The translations under genes and the position numbers were made by a program. This document shows, piece by piece, positions 21,101 to 31,100 of a DNA stretch of 64,000 nt. Origin of the DNA: a virus. Taxonomy: Duplodnaviria; Heunggongvirae; Uroviricota; Caudoviricetes. The notes under the pieces were generated by a model. The model saw only the letters and a list, made by a program, of their open reading frames with translations. It was not told the DNA's origin and searched no databases. Numbering within the stretch: position 1 is the first letter of the stretch; every line of letters begins with the position of its first letter. The stretch is from the IMG/VR virus record IMGVR_UViG_3300042549_006728, one strand, 5' to 3'.

Positions 21101-23430
21101 TTATCACAACTATATTCTACTACATTTTTTGGTTTTTCTGATAAACATATTTCTAATGTTTTGTTAATATCACAATTTTCTGTAGATATTTCATTTAAAC
21201 AATTTTTTAAAGATAATTCATAATTATTTTTTATTGTTTGCCACTCAGGAGAATAAATTAAATAACCGTCTTTTTCAATTAACAATAAGTATTGGTTATA
21301 ATTCGCTTCTGCTTCATTAAATGCTTGTTGTAATGTAGTCTTACCATCATTCTGTAATGGTGTCTCAATAATACTATAATCGACATCTATACAATCCTCT
21401 ATCGGTTGATACCCATTTGTTGTAGGGTTAAACGTTAACTGAGTAGTAAATATATCTGAATTATTACTAATTCCATTAAAAATACCATAATTATAATTTA
21501 TAAAATAATTTTCTACTATAGTTGTAGCAGTTAGTGTTACAGTTGGTTGGTTATCAAAATTAGGTATATAACACCTACTAAAATATTGTAAGTATTCGTT
21601 ACCACCATCGTATTTACCAACGTGAGGGTTATTACCCCTTAAAACTGAAACTACATTTGATCCGTAAGTTTCTCTATACCATCCGCCCGCTTTTTGAAAG
21701 TACATTTCTGTAAAATCATTTTCTACTAATTCTCCTGTTTGAGGATCAATAAAATTGGTAATTACGACATCACCATTTACAGGTGGTAATGGGAATCCTT
21801 CATCGTCATATGGTATACCTTCTAAATTAACTTCACCAGTATAAAGGTATAAAAGTTTTTTTATCTCCTCTATATCCAAAGGCTTATCAAGTATTACTAT
21901 ATATTCATTAAAATTAACTAATGATTCTGGTGCCCCTATAAATCTAAATAAAAATTCTACCGCTTTTCTTGTACCCTTACTTTTCCAAAGCCAAGCTATG
22001 TTTAAAATTAATCTTCTATATAATTCAATATCTATTTCTGATTGAGTTAGGTTTGTTGATGTCCCACTAAATGAACCCGAACCATTACTAGGTAAAAATA
22101 ATTTACTAAAAGATGCGTCATCTATAAAATTAATTGGTTCTATACCTAACATATATGCCAAATCTTTAACTAAAGTATCAGGTACATTGTTTTTCTTATC
22201 GTAAGTTACTACATGAGCAAATTTGATTGCATTAATATATTTTTTAACATAATCGAATTCCACCCCATAAATTCTAAGTAATTTAGTTGCTTTTTCACCA
22301 TTTAATACTATATCTGCTCCATCTGCTCTAGGTATCGTATCAAAACTAGATATTGCTTCAGTCGTATACTTTCTTACAATGGTATCAGTTTTTGTCCCAT
22401 CTAAACCTTCACCTAATTTATTTAATTCATCAATATAAGCAATATAAAAACTATCAAAAAAGTTTAAATTATAACCATCCTCTAAGATTGGAAATGTTAA
22501 AACTGATTTAGATGTTAATAAAACCCCATCATCAGTATAATTTGTACTTATAATTTCCGATTTATATTTAGGGTATAAGTTTTTATTTAAAATATTACTT
22601 TGAAAATCATTTAAACTAGTAAAGAACTTTTGATTCTCACTTTCATTTGGTTTAATGAAATACGGTATGGATGCAGTAACATTATTAAATAAAAAAGAAA
22701 GTTGTGGTATAAAAATACCAGTCAACTCAGGAAATGGATTACCTTCCACTATCAATTCTAAAACTGAATTTGTTTTTTGTGGAGATGGTGTAATACTTTT
22801 AATTTTTTTAATAATACCATTATGTTCTATTACATATGAACCATAGTTTACAGTAAAATTTCTTAATGGATTAGTTATATCTGTATCCGAAATATATTGA
22901 GCATCTAAAGTATACTTTATTGCGTATGGGTTAACAAAGAAATTACTATTAACTGAAAAAGTGGATTCATCTGCTTCTATATCGTAAACATAATCAGTGA
23001 TGTTATTTCCCGTAACACTACCTACTTTAGTATCAACATATATCGCAGCTGGCCATTTCTCTTGAATATCCAATAAAGAAGCTCTTATCAATTCTTTTGC
23101 GGATCCATACCAAACATAACTTAATGGATTTGATAAATCTAAATTTAATTTAGTTTTAACATTTTTTTGTATATCTAACTGTGTCGTTCCTGATGCGGCA
23201 ATATCATCTAAAGTATAAAATCTAGATTTAGTACCTTGTTTAAATAAAACATCTGGTTTTGGATCTAAATTTACTGATATAGAGAAATTACCATTTGTGA
23301 ATAGCGTAGTTCCTCCATCACTAGTAAGTTGAAACCCTACTAAATCAGGACTAAAATCCCTATATTCAATGTTATCATTGAAAAATATTCTTTGGGCATA
23401 TCCTGCGACTTTTATTTTTTTATTTGCCAT
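15160..23430 (-). CDS. giant (2756 aa) baseplate wedge-like protein (P2 gpI / T4 gp7-like core)
   Basis: LVKDLAYMLG...LYRRLILNIAWLWKSKGTRKAVEFLFRFIG motif (~21930-22170); Cys-rich segments and coiled coils; lies in the baseplate block. Confidence 0.7.
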   Translation of the reverse strand: MANKKIKVAGYAQRIFFNDNIEYRDFSPDLVGFQLTSDGGTTLFTNGNFSISVNLDPKPDVLFKQGTKSRFYTLDDIAASGTTQLDIQKNVKTKLNLDLSNPLSYVWYGSAKELIRASLLDIQEKWPAAIYVDTKVGSVTGNNITDYVYDIEADESTFSVNSNFFVNPYAIKYTLDAQYISDTDITNPLRNFTVNYGSYVIEHNGIIKKIKSITPSPQKTNSVLELIVEGNPFPELTGIFIPQLSFLFNNVTASIPYFIKPNESENQKFFTSLNDFQSNILNKNLYPKYKSEIISTNYTDDGVLLTSKSVLTFPILEDGYNLNFFDSFYIAYIDELNKLGEGLDGTKTDTIVRKYTTEAISSFDTIPRADGADIVLNGEKATKLLRIYGVEFDYVKKYINAIKFAHVVTYDKKNNVPDTLVKDLAYMLGIEPINFIDDASFSKLFLPSNGSGSFSGTSTNLTQSEIDIELYRRLILNIAWLWKSKGTRKAVEFLFRFIGAPESLVNFNEYIVILDKPLDIEEIKKLLYLYTGEVNLEGIPYDDEGFPLPPVNGDVVITNFIDPQTGELVENDFTEMYFQKAGGWYRETYGSNVVSVLRGNNPHVGKYDGGNEYLQYFSRCYIPNFDNQPTVTLTATTIVENYFINYNYGIFNGISNNSDIFTTQLTFNPTTNGYQPIEDCIDVDYSIIETPLQNDGKTTLQQAFNEAEANYNQYLLLIEKDGYLIYSPEWQTIKNNYELSLKNCLNEISTENCDINKTLEICLSEKPKNVVEYSCDNLNLEDCSPFIYYTNSDGIKVSFDEFPACCKTQDANYISYVNEYGRQTEYCSKLAPCVGTPSGTLPNGVIEFTMTNNTTPQLGTYQIGGKCYQYSNTQISLSDFIIKYGEPKTFINNYCGKKRLSDTFKKDSPIISCNKFFTEVNCKKTSIISSPECCAWYGYDYQILEQNGNKFIVCKKNNENSATELTTPDANYTLPIIDFSVNNSYYDLQNPIGSIYEYYSTEIFWDCFNESRIVKGVVEGSTSLSPQPNSILEDPSLMNPSNWKVESIDEYGRVSFTPSIYNNNFILDWYSTDLLSDLYGDVANYYGYQFGQFTFDYDNNILIPYNGDNQYSTNPNSIIIAAVDPSRIGCGDFNSVAVVFASEKWKGFKLPQLDDCSCTIDFSFDYMLKYTADNLIKCADNISCFPAFIYDNTINNIKCLNFVAFTNSDEESQNLQSNFNDSENLTDEYVIWQNSNILEPNTDCCRAVDGNVVSFTQWSGTNQSWVNNITQTYNDILSQNSQTLSSLNFDYTPILGEIKKYDEIKNKLLTIVSNLPTSCFVFNFNVGACEIKYEKYITTQNVCSLQIPLECGLWSKLYGDYEQLSSEISELIELINRNLEPCLKNSQVNVTTDVISNPKLPADVISNPKLPADVITPKLPTDTFKRYATKPQLEIIEDIKVYNSLTTQKNVQLDNYTINETILKNSILEINNEIAEKQESNVIIEKALTNVNTNLDCSVYENTIKELKNFDYVSYCNTIIYGDSINDGTKTKEYSNCVSSKTKENQDQIIVYSQLFESCVLKTQLTDQLVKAKFDNNTVLITELEKQIQDLSNTINTLTTDVNNFISYDESAQKSQLLQNDTQNTINKTADILSVSTKSITDNSGNLQLTDSQKVKLNVELTKNQSQISGLITEREQKTDLFTQNLKNQTFVKVGTEFKQNAFRTVELSPLMSKPVVGISTNVILDLPKLPADNLQSADAITNPKLPTDAISVNSKECLGITSNSLTITPNYVVLTNGKNIPQNCCNKATLNLDVSYVNKECILNPRVIGSESSTTTTYDVQCCPFIIELNRSGKIKELNQLLDSIQNSLLYVEEQTYICYNKWYESLIKKYNVYEESNNNNYLNYIDDLKINFKLFVDNNNIDVQNNIDTSLTYLPYTQSVNPIWEFNPNEGYSGIFIEGDEQLMAQIEESIFNQLSSQGISYNSDLFEPDWKTFNFTIPECVCDDLRRLYPNKDFFFSIEIQNYECNLCLLVDNIMVNVSDCKTNRILSINDCLIPQLNCVIDNKKSWVYYDGGVVKETIYPNGECNTGSTNNYEIVRITNPEERLWLDLEYRYTNYDVYHSDLILNVKNTSFSIDPAKSIECDVFNFWKRIDCDNCPTDCNTDNYIFQSDEDYLFMGSEEYIFQDQIATYINFNGVLNINNTLTNYTIDLGASTSSVIPFSCETFTNILQNQVIELKNEYYTLTANYSESLNSNYYDLLNKGESLSKFYIDGTSCDSDILVLNNNKNLDNLFSLIVEDSDGTINLFEIYVYSGTPLYNGGVEQQIGAGITAQTFNQSSEITKECCLSINKLLNDNGVDGLGLGKNYRWNELNEVCYWRDIDECANCKGDCEYCGKMKECVSGVTTNNTYSVCINPLDFLDYDPSTIMVKDVFDQMVLSNLIDAKSRQTISDYPLLRLFYELYLRASNCGKDLSGKFTYDTMFDFMDKVGDYWLDLLEQVVPATTIWEGCDNSGKIYRNTIFDQNKFKYKKYSLNFIDTELDCPLSAQTNFIVGQESIHSLVEQKPIYPTNEEIKSIKNDIRNKEIEIAIVNQQIVLYNGRLCSLNLQDTTTPNLTQSILEVTQTITELNDSLTQLNTQLSTLFEQLSQLEIEYINQQNNFYNNFMSCSGITQSLITAQNNLSNFIPGTTSYERQRNYIAGLRNKYDKCVRKTNTLISDYNTVFITQIYDTNEYEGNVTIIGDPDFDPPEFIKTFPPIQISGFYYNQELIHNCE
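18181..18252 (-). repeat. dispersed copies of the PKLP(A/T)D repeat
   Basis: Encodes LPKLPADNLQSADAITNPKLPTDA; DNA closely matches the unit at 19164-19257. Confidence 0.75.
19164..19257 (-). repeat. 30-bp in-frame tandem repeat (DVISNPKLPA), about 3 copies
   Basis: catctgcaggtaattttgggttggatatta at 19191 and 19221, plus a 27-bp variant; protein DVISNPKLPADVISNPKLPADVITPKLPTD. Confidence 0.92.
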
Positions 23431-23438
23431 TTACGTTT

Positions 23439-24341
23439 TTAAAAATTAGTTATGTCATCAAAATCTTTTGTTGGATCAATAGTAAATTTCTGTTCTCTAA
23501 CTTCGAACAATGGTTTACCGCTAAATTGATCTTTAACTTCATATAAATTGTATTGTCTATAAATTTCATTACCGAAATTGTATATAGTATAAATACCATC
23601 TTCTAGAGATTTTGTTTGATTGGAGAACAGTGCGTATGCTAAAGTTTCTTCATCAAACTCTACCATTTCTATTTCCATCATAACTGGATTAAAAAACGTA
23701 TTAGTAATGATAACCTCTTGTTGTGGGTTACCTATGAATGGTGTTGCATTTGGTTTAAATGATGGTGCAGATGCGGGAGTTACTGTACAAAATACACTTG
23801 TCGAATTATCGTTGAAGGTATATGCTTGTGACGCATTACTATTACCTTGATTTTGTGTTATTGGTAAAGCCCTATTATTTGAGGTAATTATTCTAAATAA
23901 ATTTTGTATTTTATCTTGTCCCGTACCTGTTTGTTCTTTAAGGTACTCTACTCTATAACCTACAAGATTTCCATTCTCAAATCTATTTTGTAACTCTAAA
24001 GGTATCTGATTAATATCAAAAACAATACCTTTTACATCTTGATTATCTATTAAAACTGCACAATCTTGTATGGTTACTCTAATTTGTTTAGGTCTTATTA
24101 TAATACTATAATACCCCTTAGTACCAAATACTGATGTAGGTAATTTTAATGTATATAACCCACCAAATATTTCAGTTACATTATTTGGGTTAGCAGCAGG
24201 TATCAAAACTTGTGCTGGATCTAACGATATTAATTCTACCGATGTGATAGATTCTCTACTTGGGGTATAACTGTAAAAAATTTCTACATCTTCTACTGAT
24301 ACGTCTGCTGGTCTTATTGTACCATAATTTCCTGTTGCCAT
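23439..24341 (-). CDS. putative virion structural protein
   Basis: 300-aa ORF within the contiguous tail block; no enzyme motif seen. Confidence 0.6.
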   Translation of the reverse strand: MATGNYGTIRPADVSVEDVEIFYSYTPSRESITSVELISLDPAQVLIPAANPNNVTEIFGGLYTLKLPTSVFGTKGYYSIIIRPKQIRVTIQDCAVLIDNQDVKGIVFDINQIPLELQNRFENGNLVGYRVEYLKEQTGTGQDKIQNLFRIITSNNRALPITQNQGNSNASQAYTFNDNSTSVFCTVTPASAPSFKPNATPFIGNPQQEVIITNTFFNPVMMEIEMVEFDEETLAYALFSNQTKSLEDGIYTIYNFGNEIYRQYNLYEVKDQFSGKPLFEVREQKFTIDPTKDFDDITNF

Positions 24342-24351
24342 AACTTTATTT

Positions 24352-25227
24352 TTAAATTCTTATAAACCCACCTCTATTTGTGTCTATATCATTAGTTGTC
24401 TTAATTTCTGATAATAATGAGTGTCTTTCAAATATATCAACAATACCTCTATTTATAAATACTACACTCTTAACTTCTGGTTTAAAAACTATACCTAAAT
24501 ATTCTTCTTTTTTTATGTTAGCACTTAAAGATGTGTTATATTGGTTCCATCCACCGTTTGATGCGGTGAATTCTGTTTTATTAAAAGTTAATTCCTTACC
24601 ATATTCGTCAAATGTTTTTTGGAATATATTTTTATATGTTTTAAAAGAAACACCTGTATTTTGTATATCACTAACATTTGCACCTATTTTATAAAGTGTT
24701 TCATCTTGATTCTCACTTAACACACCGTTAAATATATTTTTAGGATCATAAGAAACATTTAAATTAGGAACATAAATATCATTACCTGATAAATCTTTCC
24801 TATATGATTTTACTTGTTTAAGTAATCCATCGTCAGTTGTACCAGTAATAGTGGCAACGTCACTATAATAAAAATTAACTGGTGCGCCCGCCAATCTACC
24901 ATATTCAAAGGAATTAAATCCTTCAGGTTCACTTAGTAATATTGGTGTTTTAGGGATAAATTGTTGATCACTAAAAAGTCCCATATCATCGATATCTTGT
25001 TTTAAAAAAATATCAATGTTTATTGTGTTTATTATTTTCTGCCCGAAAGAATCTAATCTAAAATTACCCTCTTTATCTACCTTATAAACAGGTATTTTAC
25101 CATAATAGTAATTTGGGTTACTTTCATCTATAATGGTTTTACCGTTTGAGTCTTTTTTTAAAACACTTTTAGGTATACTTCTTATAGTATAATTTTCTAA
25201 ATTTCTTTTTTTCCTTATAATTTCCAT
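24352..25227 (-). CDS. putative virion structural protein
   Basis: 291-aa ORF in the tail block, preceded by the ATATTTATTA motif. Confidence 0.55.
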   Translation of the reverse strand: MEIIRKKRNLENYTIRSIPKSVLKKDSNGKTIIDESNPNYYYGKIPVYKVDKEGNFRLDSFGQKIINTINIDIFLKQDIDDMGLFSDQQFIPKTPILLSEPEGFNSFEYGRLAGAPVNFYYSDVATITGTTDDGLLKQVKSYRKDLSGNDIYVPNLNVSYDPKNIFNGVLSENQDETLYKIGANVSDIQNTGVSFKTYKNIFQKTFDEYGKELTFNKTEFTASNGGWNQYNTSLSANIKKEEYLGIVFKPEVKSVVFINRGIVDIFERHSLLSEIKTTNDIDTNRGGFIRI

Positions 25228-25232
25228 ACTAT

Positions 25233-25242
25233 TAATAAATAT
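25233..25242 (-). promoter_or_regulatory. putative late-promoter motif ATATTTATTA
   Basis: Fills most of the 16-nt gap, 5 nt before ATG 25227. Confidence 0.5.
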
Positions 25243-25243
25243 A

Positions 25244-26134
25244 TTAAGGAGTGATTTGCCAAAAAGTTAATGTCGGTATTCCTCCACTTGATGGATTAAG
25301 ATTAACTCCTGGCGGTAACTGTATTTGTCTAGGGTTTGGTGTAAATCTGTATTTATATACTCCATTATCATTTTTTAAAATAATTTTAAGATATAATATA
25401 CCATTATCACCCTCTAAGTTAGTTACCGTTATGTTATTAGGGTCAATATCTTTAGATGCTGCCATATCATATGTTTTACCATTTGATGCATTGTTGAACT
25501 GTACTACACCATAAAGTTCATATTCTTGATTGGGTGAGTTGTCAACTAAATCTTTAAACCAATATATTTGAAACCCTTCATGTATTTCATCGGGGTGCGT
25601 AACTGGATCACCTAAAGTAAAAGTTATAGGACATATATCAATAGGTAATGTAAACCCAAATGCGTTTTCCTGTTCTTTACCTACTTGAACAAATACGTCA
25701 TAAAATGTGAGTAATTTATTTTGCCCACTATATGGTTTATCATAAAGAGAAAATCGGAAAAAACTATTTATAAATCTGTTTGTCCTACAAAATATATCAT
25801 CAAATACGAAACCTAGATCTTTATAAAGTCCAGGAACCGCACCAGTTCCCCTATGTAGTGGTGCACCTAAGGCAATACTTTCAGGAGTATAAAAATTTAA
25901 ATTAATTTTAAATTTATCAATAATATTCCAATTATTATCTGCAGGTTTAAATATAACTTTTTTATAGTCAATTATTGGGTTTATAGAATTTTCTACCTCC
26001 TCATCGACAAATTTAACTTGTATAAGTTCTGAATTGTCAACTGGGAAAAAATTAGTACCCAATGCGATATCTATGGTAGTCCCACTACCAATATTATCTA
26101 TTAATATTCTTCTTTTATCAACAAACATCGTCAA
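25244..26134 (-). CDS. putative virion structural protein
   Basis: 296-aa ORF overlapping the upstream gene (true start may be 26128). Confidence 0.55.
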   Translation of the reverse strand: MTMFVDKRRILIDNIGSGTTIDIALGTNFFPVDNSELIQVKFVDEEVENSINPIIDYKKVIFKPADNNWNIIDKFKINLNFYTPESIALGAPLHRGTGAVPGLYKDLGFVFDDIFCRTNRFINSFFRFSLYDKPYSGQNKLLTFYDVFVQVGKEQENAFGFTLPIDICPITFTLGDPVTHPDEIHEGFQIYWFKDLVDNSPNQEYELYGVVQFNNASNGKTYDMAASKDIDPNNITVTNLEGDNGILYLKIILKNDNGVYKYRFTPNPRQIQLPPGVNLNPSSGGIPTLTFWQITP

Positions 26135-28133
26135 TTGTTTTTTCTTTAAGTAATGAAAAGTCTATACAACCTCCACCAATATCTCTTTTACCTAATTCAT
26201 ATTCACCTATGTAGTCACCCAACGTAACTTCTATCTCTAAAGGTGTTACCCCATTATAATTGACTAAATTAAATACTCCGTCTGTACCACTTGTATTAAC
26301 AAGGTTTGATATCGCAGTACCTGATTTAAAACCATACTGTAAAAATGTTGGATCTTGTAACAACTTTAAGAATTTATTCTGTTGTACGTTTCCTATATCA
26401 GAGGAACCTAATGTAATATCTTCCGATATTAATAAAAATTCACATGGTGGATCTTGTCTTTGGAAATAAAATCTTTTATCTAAATATAAATAATGTGCAC
26501 CATCCTCAAATGGGTAATCTACACCATTTCCTGTACTATCAAACTCCCCAATTTCCATTATATCTCTCCATTTAAATACATTTGGTGCAATCTCAACCGC
26601 ATAATCAGGTATTTGAAATGATTTTTTTAAGTCCAATATCTCAATTGGGTTAGTTATATTATATTCGTCAATGACAGATTGTAAGTCAACTACGGGATTT
26701 ATATAGTTCATAAATTCCTTAATTTTTATTAAATTAAAAGGTGAATATATATATCCCTCTTTTTTGTTTTCTTTACTACTATCTATTTGATTTAACTTTT
26801 CTCTATATGTGGTATTAATTCTATGATATAATAATTCTAGTCTTCTTTCTAATAATTCGTTTTCATTATATTCTACAATGTCACCATCAAAAATATTATC
26901 AGACTCATCTATATTTTCAAAATAAAGTGAACCTGTATAATCCGTACTACCGTAAGATCTAATATTGTAATTTATATTTACATCATTCTCTAATAAATAA
27001 CCCGCAGAAATTTTAGTCCAAAATCTAGTATTAAAAGGTACTTGTAGATTTTGTTGTTTACTAATCCAATATTGGGATGATATAGATGTCGATGAACTAT
27101 CATTATCATTTTTTATGATTGTTAAATATAGTTCTGTTAATGGTCTATTTAAGTTATCCACTAAACCGTCTACATTAATATCTTTTTTAAAGTTAAATGC
27201 GGCAACTCTGTCATCAAAATATGTGACACCATATGCAGCAGGATATAAATCATAATCTTTATAATCTGAACTTGATAAGGATTTAAATTGTCTTACATAA
27301 TATTTTGAAGGTTTATCTCTGATAACTCTTTTAACTGTACTTATACCTATTGTAAAATTGATATCATTCGGATCCACATCTAAAACAAAAGTTCTAAGTT
27401 TATTATCATTTGTTTGATTACCTAATTTAAAAACCCTATAAAATTTAGTGGTTAAATTTAAAGAATTAATAGATGTAGTATCAATAAAATTTAGTAGACT
27501 GATTCTATCCCCCTCAATTAAACCATGATTCATTGCAGTTCTAAAACCCGTATATTTTCTACCATTTAAATCAATGACAAATTTTTCTATAATAGGAATT
27601 CCATCCTTTAGAGATACGTTTGAATTGTTTTTTACTAATACAATATCCTTACTATTAAATGGGTAAGTTACCTTTAATAAATAATTCTGAATTCCATCAC
27701 TATCTAAAAAATTTAACCTATCGTAACCAGGATCAAACGGGAAAAATTCACATAACGCACTTTTATTATCGTTAAACTGTAATGCGTCTTCGTCAGGTTC
27801 ATCATTATAATATCCAACCCACCCATCTTTTTCAAAAATTGCACTACTTAGTATCGGTTTACTAACTATGTCATCATTTGAATCAGAATAAATCTTTATA
27901 TTTTCGTTAAAAAGTGTGTTAGTGATTACTGGTTTTATTATACCGTAAAATCTATATATGTTACTTTCTATTCTTTCCTTTTCAAATTGTTCAAATTGAC
28001 TTACTGTAGTGTCAACATTATTTAGTGGTATTGGTCGATTATGATTTTCAATACCTAATTGGATTTGTGTGTCTACATTAACATTGTTAGGTAATCTAGC
28101 ACTATTTAATAATATTTTTTTAGTTTCTTCCAT
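26118..28133 (-). CDS. putative virion structural protein
   Basis: 671-aa ORF tightly packed in the tail block. Confidence 0.55.
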   Translation of the reverse strand: MEETKKILLNSARLPNNVNVDTQIQLGIENHNRPIPLNNVDTTVSQFEQFEKERIESNIYRFYGIIKPVITNTLFNENIKIYSDSNDDIVSKPILSSAIFEKDGWVGYYNDEPDEDALQFNDNKSALCEFFPFDPGYDRLNFLDSDGIQNYLLKVTYPFNSKDIVLVKNNSNVSLKDGIPIIEKFVIDLNGRKYTGFRTAMNHGLIEGDRISLLNFIDTTSINSLNLTTKFYRVFKLGNQTNDNKLRTFVLDVDPNDINFTIGISTVKRVIRDKPSKYYVRQFKSLSSSDYKDYDLYPAAYGVTYFDDRVAAFNFKKDINVDGLVDNLNRPLTELYLTIIKNDNDSSSTSISSQYWISKQQNLQVPFNTRFWTKISAGYLLENDVNINYNIRSYGSTDYTGSLYFENIDESDNIFDGDIVEYNENELLERRLELLYHRINTTYREKLNQIDSSKENKKEGYIYSPFNLIKIKEFMNYINPVVDLQSVIDEYNITNPIEILDLKKSFQIPDYAVEIAPNVFKWRDIMEIGEFDSTGNGVDYPFEDGAHYLYLDKRFYFQRQDPPCEFLLISEDITLGSSDIGNVQQNKFLKLLQDPTFLQYGFKSGTAISNLVNTSGTDGVFNLVNYNGVTPLEIEVTLGDYIGEYELGKRDIGGGCIDFSLLKEKTIDDVC

Positions 28134-28134
28134 T

Positions 28135-31100
28135 TTATGATCCTTTACCGTTAAAAGAAATAAAATTATTGTTAGTTAAAACAGGTGGTGTTCCAATTTC
28201 AACTTTTTTGATTAATGTTTCACCTAAACAAGTTTTATAAATTGTAAAATTATTTTGAGTTTCATTTGAAATATTAGGTGAGTTATTAATATTTTCCTCT
28301 ACATTAGAGTTTGATGCACCAATACCTTTAAGTGTTGTCGCATTAATTTTATCAGCAAAGAACTGAGATACTGTCTTATGTAACGCTGTTTTTCCTGGCA
28401 CTAATCCAAAATAAAGATAATAGGGAGTCTGACTCTTATTAAATTTAATTCCTTTTATCGATACATCACCATTTATTTCATCATCGATTAAATCGATACC
28501 TCCAGTTGACGTTTGACCAAAATTCAATGACTGACCACCATTAGGGTAATTAATGAATGTCGATGTTTGCCCAGGTGCCAAACCATAAAAATAATCTGAA
28601 GTTCCATTTGTATTTTTGTAACCACACGCATCACCAGGAATAAATGAGTCTCCGTCATTATATTCTGAACGTATATATTCACCATCTAATAGATAATATA
28701 ATGGTGTTCCATCAGTTAATGTTATTGGTTGGTAAGTTTGGTAAGTATTATCAAATTCTAAAGATCCTGGTCTAATATGATGAAAATTAAGGTTAGTTGT
28801 CTTAAACCCATTAAATCTTCTACAAAAATATTGTCTAACATCAGCATCGTGATCAAATCTTAAAAAACAATTCCCAATTTCAATACCTATATCATTTGCG
28901 TCAATCATTTCTACCCCTATTTGGGAGTGGTTAACGGTTGCAGCAATATTAGTACAAACTGTATTAAAACATGAAAATTCTATATATGCTCTAAGGTTTA
29001 ACGATAAATCTTTTTTATCGTCAAATTTTAATATAGGTTTAGTTGATCCATCTAAATATGGTGTTTCGTTACCTATTTTATATTTAATTTCTTCATAACT
29101 AACGTTAAAAGTAGTTGTTGGAATAGAACTGATTATGAATGGTACATCATCTATATCACAGAAAACACTACTTCCTAATTCCATAATAGTCGTAGGTAAC
29201 ATTAAATTAGCTTTATACTCTAAATTATTAAATTTAACATCTCCTTTAGGAATATATGGGGTATAATATATTTCATTATCCCACCAACTTATAAGACCAT
29301 GTTTTATAATTTTACTATAGTTATCATATTCACTTTGACTATATATACATGGTGCGACACCGTTTGATCCACAATCAGGTATACAACCAGGTTTAGGACA
29401 ATTAGGATCGTTATTCGCATCTGCTTCTTCACCTTCTGGTTGATCGATGGGTCCAAATGTATTTTGATCTTCAGGTAAAGATCCATCAGGAAAAGTTTCT
29501 GAATTACTATATGTGACACAATCCAAACTATTTTTAAAGTATTCTTTTCTTTCTACCATTCTAGTATTGTCACATATATTTCTATGGTGTCCATGTCCAC
29601 CTATGTTTTCCCAAGAAGTAGTTCCATCACCACCATCTGTCTCCACATATTCAGGTTTACCATGAACTCCTTGTATTTCCCTATCTTTTATTGTGTAAGG
29701 TATACCTTGACTATTAAATGCGTTTTGGAAGTCACTAAATGTATTAAATTTTATTGTACAACCATCAAAAGAAATTGTGTTACCTTTAAAAACTAATTCT
29801 TGAACCGCCAAATTTAAATTAGGGGTTTGTAAATCATTTTCCTCTGTTCCATACCATTCAGTAACTCTTCTACCTTTTATTTTTGCGGTACAACCATTAA
29901 CACTTATTGTTGGGTTAGAAAATAATATTGCAGGTATTTTTATCCTCCATTGATCAAATGTTGGATCCCCTTGAAAATTGACACTGTTGTTGCTCTCTCT
30001 ACAATCAAAATCACAGAATTTATCTTTTTTAATTTGTCCAAATTTTCTTTTTGATTTCTTTAATTTAAATTTTCTTTTTATCAATGGGAAATATAGTACA
30101 CCACCTACCCAATCATTATAAAAATCAAATTTTAACATTCTTAGGAAAACTGCAATAGGTTCCATAACACAGGAAACCCAATCTTTTATTCCTGGTGTTT
30201 GTAAACCACCACAATTTTTACAACTAAATGGTTTAACATATGCGGAATTACAACCTTGTTGGTTACCAAATGGCGTTTCAAATAATGTTACTCTAAGTTC
30301 AGTACCCTCATCTGCACACCTTAATGGTATTAATGGTATTTTAACACAACATTTAGAACAACATGGTATGTTATCTGGCGGACCCGAACTAGCTGATACA
30401 TCTATTGTATCATTGGATGGGCACCCTGAAGCATATGAACTAGGGCAACAACTATGATTTGCAGATGCAGGACAAATACCTTTACATTTTTTACATAATA
30501 GTTTACTAAATATACACCTCCATTTGATAATAAGTGATAACGAAAAAAACGAACCTCCGCTATCTGCACAGTCTTCAGAACAGTTATTGCCGTTACACAA
30601 TTCAAGATTAAGTGGTAAATTTATACAATAGTTCAATGTTATACCTATCCCAACAGGTATTTTAACCGAACAAACAGATGTAATTAACCCATTAATGATA
30701 TTAAGAATCCCATTAATAAATCCTACAATGTGACCGAATAATGTCATTAATAAACATATTATACTGTACAGTGGATTTAAATTAACATCTATTCTATTAG
30801 TTGGAAATTTATTAACACCTTCACCATTTAAAATATCTTTAATACCTATAAACCCTCTAGCCTCATCGTTTTTCAGTTTTTGCATTCTACCAATGTACTG
30901 TTTAACTGTATAAACTTTTTTCCATCTAAAAGGGTAGAATTCTTCTAAGTAATTATATTGATTCCTTAAATCATTTGCATAAGGAGTACCTGTAGTAATT
31001 GTTGATAATTGTTTATTAATAGTGAAATCCTGACTATTTTTTAAATCATCAGAACCGTATTCACCAAAATTAAAGTTATTGTTTGTATTAGGTACTAAAA

